Positions 1 through 7,082 of a DNA stretch of 43,541 nucleotides are shown here, in pieces (the first letter of the stretch is position 1; each line of letters begins with the position of its first letter). The position numbers and the translations under genes are program-made. The DNA comes from a virus (taxonomy: Duplodnaviria > Caudoviricetes), in IMG/VR virus record IMGVR_UViG_3300020016_000015, positions 1 through 43,541 of that record, one strand, 5' to 3'. Below the pieces are notes generated by a model, which did no database searches, had not been told where the DNA came from, and saw nothing but the letters and a program-made list of their open reading frames with translations.

Positions 1-390
1 TACATCGCGAACGCCAAGGCGAATGGGATAGCCGGGAAGGCGGCGAGGCGATCGAATTGGGACTGGCTCGCGCAGCAGCTGGCCAAGGCTTGCCTCGGCG
101 AGAAGGAGAGCATCGACATCGGTAAGTTCATCGCCGTGCTGGAGGTGAATGGCGTGGACTACTCGAAGTGGACCAACCGAAATAGGGGGTGGGAGGGTAG
201 GTTCCGCATGACGGGGCGGGTTGTGCTGCAGAAGGTGGTGGCGGATCGAGGTTCGCTGCTGCTGCCGGAAGGTGTGGTGGTGGAGGCACCGGAGGAATGG
301 CGCGAGCGGTTCAAGACGAAGAAGGCCGCGCCCAAGGCGGCTGCGGTCGTGGCGGCGGTGAAGGAAGAGGTGGTCGACAGCCAGTTCTAA
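1..390 (+). CDS. C-terminal part of paralog A of the GxxGRxRMT family (N-terminal part at 43260-43541)
   Basis: Frame is open from base 1 (YIANAKANG...WDWLAQQL...GWEGRFRMTGR). It aligns closely with the 2409-2894 protein and continues the ORF at the right end of the window. Confidence 0.85.
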   Translation, partial: YIANAKANGIAGKAARRSNWDWLAQQLAKACLGEKESIDIGKFIAVLEVNGVDYSKWTNRNRGWEGRFRMTGRVVLQKVVADRGSLLLPEGVVVEAPEEWRERFKTKKAAPKAAAVVAAVKEEVVDSQF

Positions 391-407
391 GTCACTGAAA
401 TAAAGAA

Positions 408-439
408 CCGCCCACCCCGGCTTGCGCTGGGGTGGGCGG
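408..439 (-). terminator. Intrinsic terminator between convergent genes
   Basis: Stem CCGCCCACCCCGG / CTGGGGTGGGCGG, followed by TTCTTTATTT on the minus strand. Confidence 0.7.
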
Positions 440-441
440 AA

Positions 442-684
442 CTACATTAAGCTGCGACGGCCGGTGGCTGCTAAGTCGGCCTTGGGGTGGGAACTAGTGC
501 GATTGTCACCCTTATAACGTAGCTCAGCGAATGGCCAGTGGACAAGCCAATCGTCGTCGCGGGTTCCAATCACGTAACCAATAGAATCGATGGGGATGAA
601 GTACTCACCAATACCGCAACGAGAATGGCGAATGGTGCGCACTTCGAGGCAGCCTTTTATAAGGCGGCGGGTGGCTTTATTCAT
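442..684 (-). CDS. Hypothetical early protein
   Basis: Begins MNKATRRLIKG. The start overlaps the stop of 681-890 (ATGA coupling). Confidence 0.55.
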   Translation of the reverse strand: MNKATRRLIKGCLEVRTIRHSRCGIGEYFIPIDSIGYVIGTRDDDWLVHWPFAELRYKGDNRTSSHPKADLAATGRRSLM

Positions 685-890
685 TCGTCGGCCTCCACTT
701 CTGGGCCGGACGGGGGAAGGTCGGCGTCCCGACGCACGAACCAATATTTCCAAGCAACCCCGCCGAGGCAGAAAGAAATAAGGGGCGAGGCCACGAAGAA
801 ATAAAGCGGGCGAGGCCAGCCAGCGAAAGAGGAACAGCACACGGCGCAGCGAAAGCCCTCACGACGAGCCAAGGCGAAAAACGAACGCAT
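681..890 (-). CDS. Hypothetical protein with a hydrophobic C-terminal segment
   Basis: AGGAGA RBS upstream; lies directly downstream of promoter 920-949. Confidence 0.5.
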   Translation of the reverse strand: MRSFFALARREGFRCAVCCSSFAGWPRPLYFFVASPLISFCLGGVAWKYWFVRRDADLPPSGPEVEADE

Positions 891-919
891 GGGGTGGTTC
901 TCCTGTTGATGTTAGACGA

Positions 920-949
920 ATTATAGCACGGGGCGGGGGGTCGTGTCAA
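920..949 (-). promoter_or_regulatory. sigma70 promoter TTGACA-N18-TATAAT with extended -10 TG
   Basis: Perfect consensus boxes. The -35 and spacer are nearly identical to the promoter at 2076-2104. Confidence 0.8.
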
Positions 950-1003
950 GATATAGTTCGCCATTCGCAGTGAAAAGCAGGGCGTCAGCTTGCAGTACCC
1001 ACG

Positions 1004-1169
1004 TATCCTCCGTACCTACCTTACCAAACTTTTTCTCCCCCTCCTCTACACGTGGGGTGGGGGCTGTAGAAAAGGCTTGTACAATGAAACAGTTGTAGCA
1101 GGGGGTGTGTGTGGGGGGGTAGCGTAGAGAGCGCCGCCTGTAGGCTTGGTAAGGTAGGCACGCGGGATA
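1004..1169. repeat. Non-coding region bounded by a 24-bp imperfect inverted repeat, with internal GTAG/CTAC repeats (candidate origin or terminus)
   Basis: 1004-1027 TATCCTCCGTACCTACCTTACCAA matches the reverse complement of 1146-1169 at 21 of 24 positions. Confidence 0.6.
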
Positions 1170-1279
1170 GGCGCGTATCGAGAAGGCGCCTGCGGCTCGC
1201 ATTCGCTGAGTGCGTCGAAGTGGCTCGCCCGACTGCGCCCGAAGCTTTTCGCGATGCTTCATGCTCGCACATACAGAGA

Positions 1280-1308
1280 AGCCCCCGCAGCTTACGCCAC
1301 GGGGGCTG
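1280..1308 (-). terminator. Probable terminator hairpin
   Basis: AGCCCCCG...CGGGGGCT stem just downstream of the 47-aa ORF. Confidence 0.45.
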
Positions 1309-1331
1309 GTTCTATTCGGCGAGTGTGGTGT

Positions 1332-1475
1332 TCAGATGCCCCGTCTTCGGATTTCGATTTCCAGTTCGTGGATTCGCTTCGCGTCTTCCTTGCTGGGGGG
1401 CTGCGAAACCTCTCGCATCAGACGCGCCCATTCGACGTCGATTTCTTCTTTGGACATCTTCCGTGGATTCTGCAT
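1332..1475 (-). CDS. Small 47-aa helical protein, below the ORF-track cutoff
   Basis: MQNPRKMSKEEIDVEWARLMREVSQPPSKEDAKRIHELEIEIRRRGI. Has an ACGGAG RBS, its own promoter (1517-1545) and a downstream hairpin. Confidence 0.7.
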   Translation of the reverse strand: MQNPRKMSKEEIDVEWARLMREVSQPPSKEDAKRIHELEIEIRRRGI

Positions 1476-1516
1476 TTCTGTGCTCCGTTTCGTGGGCGGG
1501 ATCGCCCGACATTCCC

Positions 1517-1545
1517 ATCAAACCACACCGCGATCCGCCGCGCAA
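1517..1545 (-). promoter_or_regulatory. Variant sigma70-like promoter TTGCGC-N17-TTTGAT (T at -11)
   Basis: 17-nt spacer and extended -10 TG. Shares TCGCGGTGTGGTTTG with 2978-3006 and precedes an RBS and ORF. Confidence 0.6.
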
Positions 1546-1572
1546 TGCGACAGATCGCCGCATGGGGCTTCG

Positions 1573-1785
1573 CTATTTCGGCGGGAGCAGTTCTTCCACG
1601 TCGAAGTGCTGCTTCAGTAGTTCCACTACTTCTTCCCTGGTTTCGCCTGCCCCGATAGCGTTTCGCGCGGTCACCATAAGAACCTTGTCGTCGCCCCACC
1701 CGAAGGATCGCCATTCGACGGTTTCGTCGGGTAGGAAGGTGAGGAAGATGATCGGCTTCGTGGCGTTGCTGTTCTTCTGTTTCAT
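1573..1785 (-). CDS. Hypothetical early protein
   Basis: 70-aa ORF in the leftward early operon, with a purine-rich RBS region. Confidence 0.65.
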   Translation of the reverse strand: MKQKNSNATKPIIFLTFLPDETVEWRSFGWGDDKVLMVTARNAIGAGETREEVVELLKQHFDVEELLPPK

Positions 1786-1798
1786 TGTCTTCTGTTCC

Positions 1799-2038
1799 TT
1801 ATTCGTTCACAATGTCTTGGCTGCGCGCCCAGATTTCGAAGGCCTCGGTCACTTCGGCCTTGACTTCGGCGGTGTCGCGGTCGAGGGCTTCGATTTCGAG
1901 GATGCGAAGCGTGTCGACGTCGGGCGCCCCGGCTTCTTTCAACGCACGAAGTTCTGCTGCCTTCGCGTCTTCGCCTTGGAGGAAGAAGCCCTCCTCGTCG
2001 GTTTCGTCGCTCTGTGAGAAGAAGTGGATGGTCTTCAT
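1799..2038 (-). CDS. Acidic hypothetical early protein
   Basis: Begins MKTIHFFSQSDE, after the RBS ACGGAGCAGAAC and promoter 2076-2104. Confidence 0.7.
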   Translation of the reverse strand: MKTIHFFSQSDETDEEGFFLQGEDAKAAELRALKEAGAPDVDTLRILEIEALDRDTAEVKAEVTEAFEIWARSQDIVNE

Positions 2039-2075
2039 GTTCTGCTCCGTTTCGGGGGTTGGACCCCACGCCGCG

Positions 2076-2104
2076 ATTGTAGCACGGCGCGGGGGTCGTG
2101 TCAA
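2076..2104 (-). promoter_or_regulatory. sigma70 promoter TTGACA-N17-TACAAT with extended -10
   Basis: Consensus boxes and spacing. Confidence 0.8.
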
Positions 2105-2115
2105 GAGGTCTTCGC

Positions 2116-2346
2116 TCAGACTTCGTTGCAGTGGAGAACGTAGCAATCGTCGAACTGGAGACGCTCGCCTTCGTCTGTGTAGCCGTGCTTCCGCGCTAGC
2201 TCGACCATTTCGTTCTGTTCCTTCTCGAAGAGTTCGCGAACGCTGGCTTCTGCTATTTCGCGGGTGGTGGCGACGGCCAAGAGGCCGAGCCCATCTTCCA
2301 CCAGCAGGTGGTGGTCTTCTTTCGGGATTGCGTAGGCGACGAACAT
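2116..2346 (-). CDS. Hypothetical early protein
   Basis: Begins MFVAYAIPKEDHH with an AAAGG RBS. It is the protein-like C-terminal part of the 317-aa track ORF. Confidence 0.65.
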   Translation of the reverse strand: MFVAYAIPKEDHHLLVEDGLGLLAVATTREIAEASVRELFEKEQNEMVELARKHGYTDEGERLQFDDCYVLHCNEV

Positions 2347-2408
2347 TGGGAAACCTTTCGGGGTTGGTGGTGGTGGAGTGGGGGTGGCTCGCGCCACCCC
2401 CGGCCTTC

Positions 2409-2894
2409 TCAGTGCTGGTGCTTCGCCACCCACTCGGCGGGGGCTTCGAGGGTCTCGCCGTCCGGGAGGGAGAGCGTCCCGGCCTCGGCCACGACCCGCT
2501 GGAGGGCGAGGCGCCCGGTCATCCGAAGCCGCCCCTCCCAGCCCTTGCTCCGGTTCTGCCACCGGCTGTGGTCGACCCCATTCGCCTCGAGGATCGCGAG
2601 GAACCGGTCGATGTCGATCCGGTCCTTCTCGCCAAGGCACTCGCCCGCGAGGGTCTGCGCCAGCCAATCCCACGAGGAGCGCTGCGCCGCCTTGCGTGCG
2701 AGGCCTGCGTCCTTCGCCCGGTGCGCGTACCGGTCCTTGTAGGCGACGGCCACCACGCTCCGGGCCTTCGCGTTGTCCGCTGCGACTTCGGGATCGATCG
2801 CGACGGTCTGGGCTTCGATCGCCTCGCCAAGGGAGAGGGCGAGGGGGGCTTCCGCCTCGGGGGCGGGGGTGGTGTCGGGCTTCTTGCGTGCCAT
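2409..2894 (-). CDS. Paralog B of the GxxGRxRMT family
   Basis: MARKKPDTT...WDWLAQTLAGECLGEKDRIDI...GWEGRLRMTGR. Strong similarity to paralog A. Confidence 0.85.
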   Translation of the reverse strand: MARKKPDTTPAPEAEAPLALSLGEAIEAQTVAIDPEVAADNAKARSVVAVAYKDRYAHRAKDAGLARKAAQRSSWDWLAQTLAGECLGEKDRIDIDRFLAILEANGVDHSRWQNRSKGWEGRLRMTGRLALQRVVAEAGTLSLPDGETLEAPAEWVAKHQH

Positions 2895-2977
2895 CGGTCT
2901 GCTCTCTGGGCGGGCTGGGGCCTCGGGCCGGGGGCCTCGGGGGCGGGGAGGGGGCCGCCGCCCCGCCTCGCACCCAC

Positions 2978-3006
2978 ACCAAACCACACCGCGAGCCCGC
3001 GCGCAA
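2978..3006 (-). promoter_or_regulatory. A-free variant sigma70-like promoter TTGCGC-N17-TTTGGT
   Basis: Same architecture as 1517-1545. The minus strand has no A from 3014 to 2969. Lies upstream of paralog B. Confidence 0.55.
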
Positions 3007-3064
3007 GCGCCGCGTGCGCATGGCTGCCATGCGTCCTGCGCATGGCGATTGGCACGCTTTGTGC

Positions 3065-3141
3065 TGCAAAGTGCGGCCAAGTTGTTGGCCGAAGCTTTTG
3101 CAACTCCCCCAACCCCGCTACGATCTTTGATCGTAGCGGGG
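3065..3141. repeat. Tandem hairpins in the divergence region
   Basis: Perfect 13-bp inverted repeat CCCCGCTACGATC-ttt-GATCGTAGCGGGG (3113-3141), plus the TGCAAA..CGGCCAA/TTGGCCG..TTTGCA stem (3065-3102). Confidence 0.7.
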
Positions 3142-3227
3142 CGGGACCCGTCTCGAATTGCGACGTATTACACTTTGCGTATCCTGGTATCATAAGTCAA
3201 TGTGCGTCGAACGCCTCAGAATATCCT

Positions 3228-3262
3228 CCCTACTTGACGCGCGCCGTACCATGTGCTAAGCT
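3228..3262 (+). promoter_or_regulatory. Late-module promoter CCCTAC-TTGACG-N17-TAAGCT
   Basis: sigma70 boxes with TG extension. The CCCTAC prefix is shared with 4062 and 13592. Confidence 0.7.
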
Positions 3263-3287
3263 CAACGCGCCACATATGGAGGAACTC

Positions 3288-3866
3288 ATGCCCCAACCCA
3301 ACACCACGATGGACCCTGGAGAACTCACCCCCGGTCAATCCGGCTGGCTTCCGCTTGACGCCGCTGGTTATCCTTCCGGACCGGCCACCTTGAATCCGCC
3401 TCCGGGTCCCGGCGCATTGGCGTGCAGCGTAATGTGTGACGCGAATGGGGTTCTAGTTTCAACGACCGGCGCCGAACTGGTCCCGCCCCTGAATTCCAAC
3501 GTCGACAGACGTTACCCCAATGACCCCGCGAACCCGTCTCCCCCTGCTATTATTTCACTGGAGCCGAACTCGGCCGGGATTCTCGATCCCGATTTCACCT
3601 TGGCGGTAGTGGGTTCTGTTGGTGGAACGCCATTCACGGCGGCGTCGGTTATCGTATTCAACGGTGGGGACGAAGTGACCACATTCGTGAGCCCGACCGA
3701 ACTCACCACACTGGTGAAGCCGTCCCTCGTAAGCCAAGCCATCGACGTGCCAGTGAAAGTCAGAGACGCCTACGGCGAATCGAACGAGCTGGTTTTCAGT
3801 TTCACTGAGGCTCCGGCCGCGATGTACGAAGGCGGGCGTAAGCGGGACGAGCGTAACCGCCGCTGA
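3288..3866 (+). CDS. IPT/TIG (Ig-like) domain protein, probably virion-associated
   Basis: GGAGG RBS. C-terminal PAIISLEP...FTAASVIVFNG...TTFVSPTELT...VPVKVR...SNELVFSF is typical of IPT/TIG. Confidence 0.7.
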   Translation: MPQPNTTMDPGELTPGQSGWLPLDAAGYPSGPATLNPPPGPGALACSVMCDANGVLVSTTGAELVPPLNSNVDRRYPNDPANPSPPAIISLEPNSAGILDPDFTLAVVGSVGGTPFTAASVIVFNGGDEVTTFVSPTELTTLVKPSLVSQAIDVPVKVRDAYGESNELVFSFTEAPAAMYEGGRKRDERNRR

Positions 3867-3875
3867 ATAGATAGC

Positions 3876-4052
3876 GTGAGCTACACTAGAAGCCGCTTCA
3901 TGTCTCGCGACCGGATGCGCGGATGGCAGTTGTCTATCCGAGACCCCGGTCGCGCCAAGAAGATAAAGTCCATCCTTAAAGAGGGTGGCTACGACGGAGT
4001 TCGCGCAGCAGAAGCTGAATTGATGCGACGAGAGAAGCGAAAACGTCGTTAA
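3876..4052 (+). CDS. Small basic hypothetical protein (58 aa)
   Basis: Open frame filling the gap between genes (SYTRSRFMSRDRMRGWQLSIRD...). Start uncertain. Confidence 0.4.
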   Translation: MSYTRSRFMSRDRMRGWQLSIRDPGRAKKIKSILKEGGYDGVRAAEAELMRREKRKRR

Positions 4053-4061
4053 TATGTTCGC

Positions 4062-4096
4062 CCCTACTTGACAGGGGCCGCAGCCCATGCTATGAT
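4062..4096 (+). promoter_or_regulatory. Late-module promoter CCCTAC-TTGACA-N17-TATGAT
   Basis: Near-consensus boxes with TG extension. Confidence 0.8.
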
Positions 4097-4152
4097 TGCG
4101 TCACTGTACGTGGCGAATGTATCATTATACCTCTCAACACAGGGAGTTCCCC

Positions 4153-4716
4153 ATGGCCGATACGAAACCCCCCGCACCCGCAACTCAGCCGAAGCCCGCC
4201 GAGAGCGAGGCGGAACGCGTCAAGCGCCAGCACGAAGAAGAAGCTGCTCGTCGGCAGCGCGACAAGGAGAAAGAGGGCAAGCACCAAGCAGGCCCGAAGA
4301 CCAGTTCACTCGCCTATTCGCCTGGCGCTCGCACCGGAGAACGCGTCCCTCTCGGCGACGTTCGCGGCGACACCTTCCTGTCCGACGACGAAATCTCCTC
4401 GCTGGCCGGAGACATCCAGGCGGGCGAAGTCGGCTTCGTGAAGCTCGACGAGGAAGGCACGCCGACCGGGGCGGTTCTCCGCGAGATGCCTCTCGACCCG
4501 GATGGCAGTTACGCACGCGTTATCGGCTCGCCTCAGAGGAAATACGACGAAATCGTCACCCCGTCCGGCGCACCGGTTACTCGTTTCATGAACCCGGAGC
4601 CCACTCTGTGGGACGCCGGAATGCTCGCGCGGAATCCGATCACTCCGGAGATGCTCGAGAACAAATACAACACGCCGCTCGGCGCGCCGGTCGTGAACCA
4701 GCCCGTCGCCACGTAA
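4153..4716 (+). CDS. Hypothetical protein
   Basis: AGGGAG RBS, begins MADTKPP. Shares a short motif with the N-terminus of 3288-3866. Confidence 0.75.
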   Translation: MADTKPPAPATQPKPAESEAERVKRQHEEEAARRQRDKEKEGKHQAGPKTSSLAYSPGARTGERVPLGDVRGDTFLSDDEISSLAGDIQAGEVGFVKLDEEGTPTGAVLREMPLDPDGSYARVIGSPQRKYDEIVTPSGAPVTRFMNPEPTLWDAGMLARNPITPEMLENKYNTPLGAPVVNQPVAT

Positions 4717-4815
4717 ATTAGCGTCCGTCCACCGCCCCCCAAGCCAACGGACGTTAAGGGTCCTCGGCGTTTCTCCCCAGTTACGCCGGGGACTTTCCCC
4801 ATTCGGTGAGCGCTT

Positions 4816-5304
4816 ATGGACGATGAAAACATCCCGTCCGACTTAGTAGCCCTCCCGACTATGCCTTACAACGAGCGGCCAGCAGAACTGCCCCTGGACG
4901 TGGAAGAATGCCGCACCGCCCTTTGGATGGCGTCTGGCAACACCACGAAGGCGGCGGAACTCCTTAAGACCACATCCATTCGGTTACGCGCTTTCATCAG
5001 AAAGTCCGCTTATCTCACTGCAGAAATGCAGGAAGCGGCCGACCGTATGGTCGATCTGGCGGAAGCAAATGTCCTCGACGCTCTGAACGACGCAGAAGAC
5101 GCTTCGCGGCGCGACACGATGAGTAGATTTGTTCTCACCAATATCGGAAAGACGAGGGGGTGGGGCACCGGTAATTCGCCGAACGTAAACGTGAAGAACT
5201 CGGCGGGTGGGACCATTATTGTCCAATGGGGTGATGGTCAGCAATTCAGTAACGAGAAGACCATTGACGGAGAGGTAATAGACAATGAGTCAAGCGCAGC
5301 CTGA
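4816..5304 (+). CDS. terS: Terminase small subunit (HTH-containing)
   Basis: N-terminal HTH (ALWMASGNTTKAAELL), helical VDLAE..L and FVL...GKTRGW segments, upstream of TerL. Confidence 0.65.
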   Translation: MDDENIPSDLVALPTMPYNERPAELPLDVEECRTALWMASGNTTKAAELLKTTSIRLRAFIRKSAYLTAEMQEAADRMVDLAEANVLDALNDAEDASRRDTMSRFVLTNIGKTRGWGTGNSPNVNVKNSAGGTIIVQWGDGQQFSNEKTIDGEVIDNESSAA

Positions 5305-5518
5305 CGGTTACAGCTTGGGGGCACAACGGGTCCGCGAGTCGTTCAATCCGTCCAAAGACAGCGAAGTCGATTATGCGAAGCGGCACACCGCCGACCTGAT
5401 CGACTTCTGCGACAAGCACAAGCATCTTGACCCGCGCCTCGCGGCGCTCGCGATGACCGCTTACGAGGAAGCGGCGATGTGGGCGGTGAAGCTGGTTACG
5501 ACGCAGGTGCCGAAATGA
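5285..5518 (+). CDS. Acb2/Tad1-like helical hairpin protein (putative immune-signal sponge)
   Basis: LGAQRVRESFNPS...RLAALAMTAYEEAAMWAVK resembles the R..A.A.T..EEA.MW motif of Tad1/Acb2-fold proteins. Confidence 0.55.
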   Translation: MSQAQPDGYSLGAQRVRESFNPSKDSEVDYAKRHTADLIDFCDKHKHLDPRLAALAMTAYEEAAMWAVKLVTTQVPK

Positions 5519-5748
5519 ACCGGGGAACCATCGGCTGGGCTATCGATCAGATGCGGGATGGCGAGAAGGTCCAGCGCATCGGTTGGAACGGCAAGAACAT
5601 GTACATTGCCATCCAAAACCCCGATCGTAACTCCAAGATGACGCTCCCTTACGTCTACATGTTCACGGCGCAGGGGGACTTGATTCCGTGGTTGTGCTCG
5701 CAGGCCGATCTTCTCGCCAGAGACTGGCAAGTAGTGATCGAAACGTGA
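5515..5748 (+). CDS. DUF2829 / Tad2-like anti-defence protein
   Basis: AI..M..G.KV.R.GWNGK.M...PY....PW..SQ.D.LA.DW is the DUF2829 signature. Confidence 0.85.
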   Translation: MNRGTIGWAIDQMRDGEKVQRIGWNGKNMYIAIQNPDRNSKMTLPYVYMFTAQGDLIPWLCSQADLLARDWQVVIET

Positions 5749-7082
5749 ACCAGGAATTATTCAACAAGGAAGCGCCCCCTCGGATCACGATTCCTTATGT
5801 TCCGAGGGTGCACTTTCGGCCACTCCACTCTTCCATAAAGCGCTGGATATTCTTGGTAGCCCATCGGCGCGCGGGAAAGACAGTCGCGCTATGTAATCAG
5901 GTGGTCCGGAAAGCTTTGGAAAATCCAAGAACATTTCCCCCACCCCGTTATGGATATATCGGACCATCCTTCGCGCAGGCGAAAGACCTCGTTTGGGGTT
6001 ACTACAAGTATTACACGGGCGTATTGCCCAACGTGAAGGTTGTTGAGGGCGACTTGCAGATCGTCCTGCCCAACGGAGCCATGGTCAATCTTTACGGAGG
6101 CGCCGCAGCTTATGAACGTATGCGCGGGCTATATTTCGACGGGGTGGTTGCTGATGAGTACCCTCTACTTAATCCTAGCATGCTTGGTTCTGTTATTCGT
6201 CCTTGCCTCGCGGATTATCGCGGTTGGGCGGTTATATCAGGAACTTCTGCAGGAGATGACCACTTCCACGAACTTAAGAAGAGGGCTGAAAGAGAGCCCG
6301 AAGAGTGGGAACTGTACGATATACCGGTAACGGAAACCGACGCTCTGGACCCGGATGAAGTCCAGGCGATGCGGAAGGATATGACGCCCGACGAGTTCGC
6401 ACGCGAAATGATGTGCAGCTTCGAGGCGCCCATCGAGGGCAGCTATTACGGCGACGTCATGAACGAAATTTCCCTCGCGGGGCAGATCACGGGAGTTCCT
6501 TATGACCCCAATTCGCTGGTCTTCACGAGTTGGGACTTGGGTATCGACGACGAGATGGTTATTTGGTACATGCAGCGTTGCGGTCGCGAACTTCATACTA
6601 TCGATTTTACTCAGGGGTCTGGTAAGGGTCTTGAACACTACGTCGGAGAAATTAAGTCTAAGCCGTATGCTTATGGCTGCCATGTTCTGCCGCACGATAT
6701 TAAGGCTCGCGAGTTGGGAACCGGGGTGTCGCGAAAAGAAGTCCTCGACTCAATGCTACCCAACACTTTCGTTTGCCCATTACACCGAGTTGAAGACGGC
6801 ATTTCAGCGACGCGTGCGCTAATCCGTCAGATGTGGATCGACAAGACGAAGTGCGCGGCGGGGATCACCGCGTTGCGCGCTTACAGTAAGGGCAAGAATG
6901 GTAAACCCATGCACAATTGGGCGAGCCACGCGGCAGACAGCATGCGAACCGGCGCTGTCGCTATCAACATGATTTCGCCTATGATCGGCGGTTCGAACGT
7001 GATTGGTATCGGTTCGGGAGCGCTTCGGAGAAATCTGAAGCGGCTAGGCAGCGTCCAAAGCAACTCCGGGAGATTTCGATGA
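5745..7082 (+). CDS. terL: Terminase large subunit
   Basis: Walker A HRRAGKT, Walker B VVADE, nuclease motifs WDLG and HAADS. Confidence 0.95.
   Translation: MNQELFNKEAPPRITIPYVPRVHFRPLHSSIKRWIFLVAHRRAGKTVALCNQVVRKALENPRTFPPPRYGYIGPSFAQAKDLVWGYYKYYTGVLPNVKVVEGDLQIVLPNGAMVNLYGGAAAYERMRGLYFDGVVADEYPLLNPSMLGSVIRPCLADYRGWAVISGTSAGDDHFHELKKRAEREPEEWELYDIPVTETDALDPDEVQAMRKDMTPDEFAREMMCSFEAPIEGSYYGDVMNEISLAGQITGVPYDPNSLVFTSWDLGIDDEMVIWYMQRCGRELHTIDFTQGSGKGLEHYVGEIKSKPYAYGCHVLPHDIKARELGTGVSRKEVLDSMLPNTFVCPLHRVEDGISATRALIRQMWIDKTKCAAGITALRAYSKGKNGKPMHNWASHAADSMRTGAVAINMISPMIGGSNVIGIGSGALRRNLKRLGSVQSNSGRFR

Noticed and set aside
1109-2017. 302-aa + strand ORF and overlapping Arg-rich ORFs
   Set aside because: Shadow ORFs of minus-strand genes, with low-complexity composition and no RBS.
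1-2894. Inverted terminal repeats or an invertible segment formed by paralogs A and B
   Set aside because: The similarity is at protein level with many synonymous differences, and no recombinase is present.
1785-3287. N-terminal 500 aa of the 693-aa + strand ORF
   Set aside because: It is antisense to real early genes in GC-rich DNA. The true start is at 3288, with a promoter and RBS.
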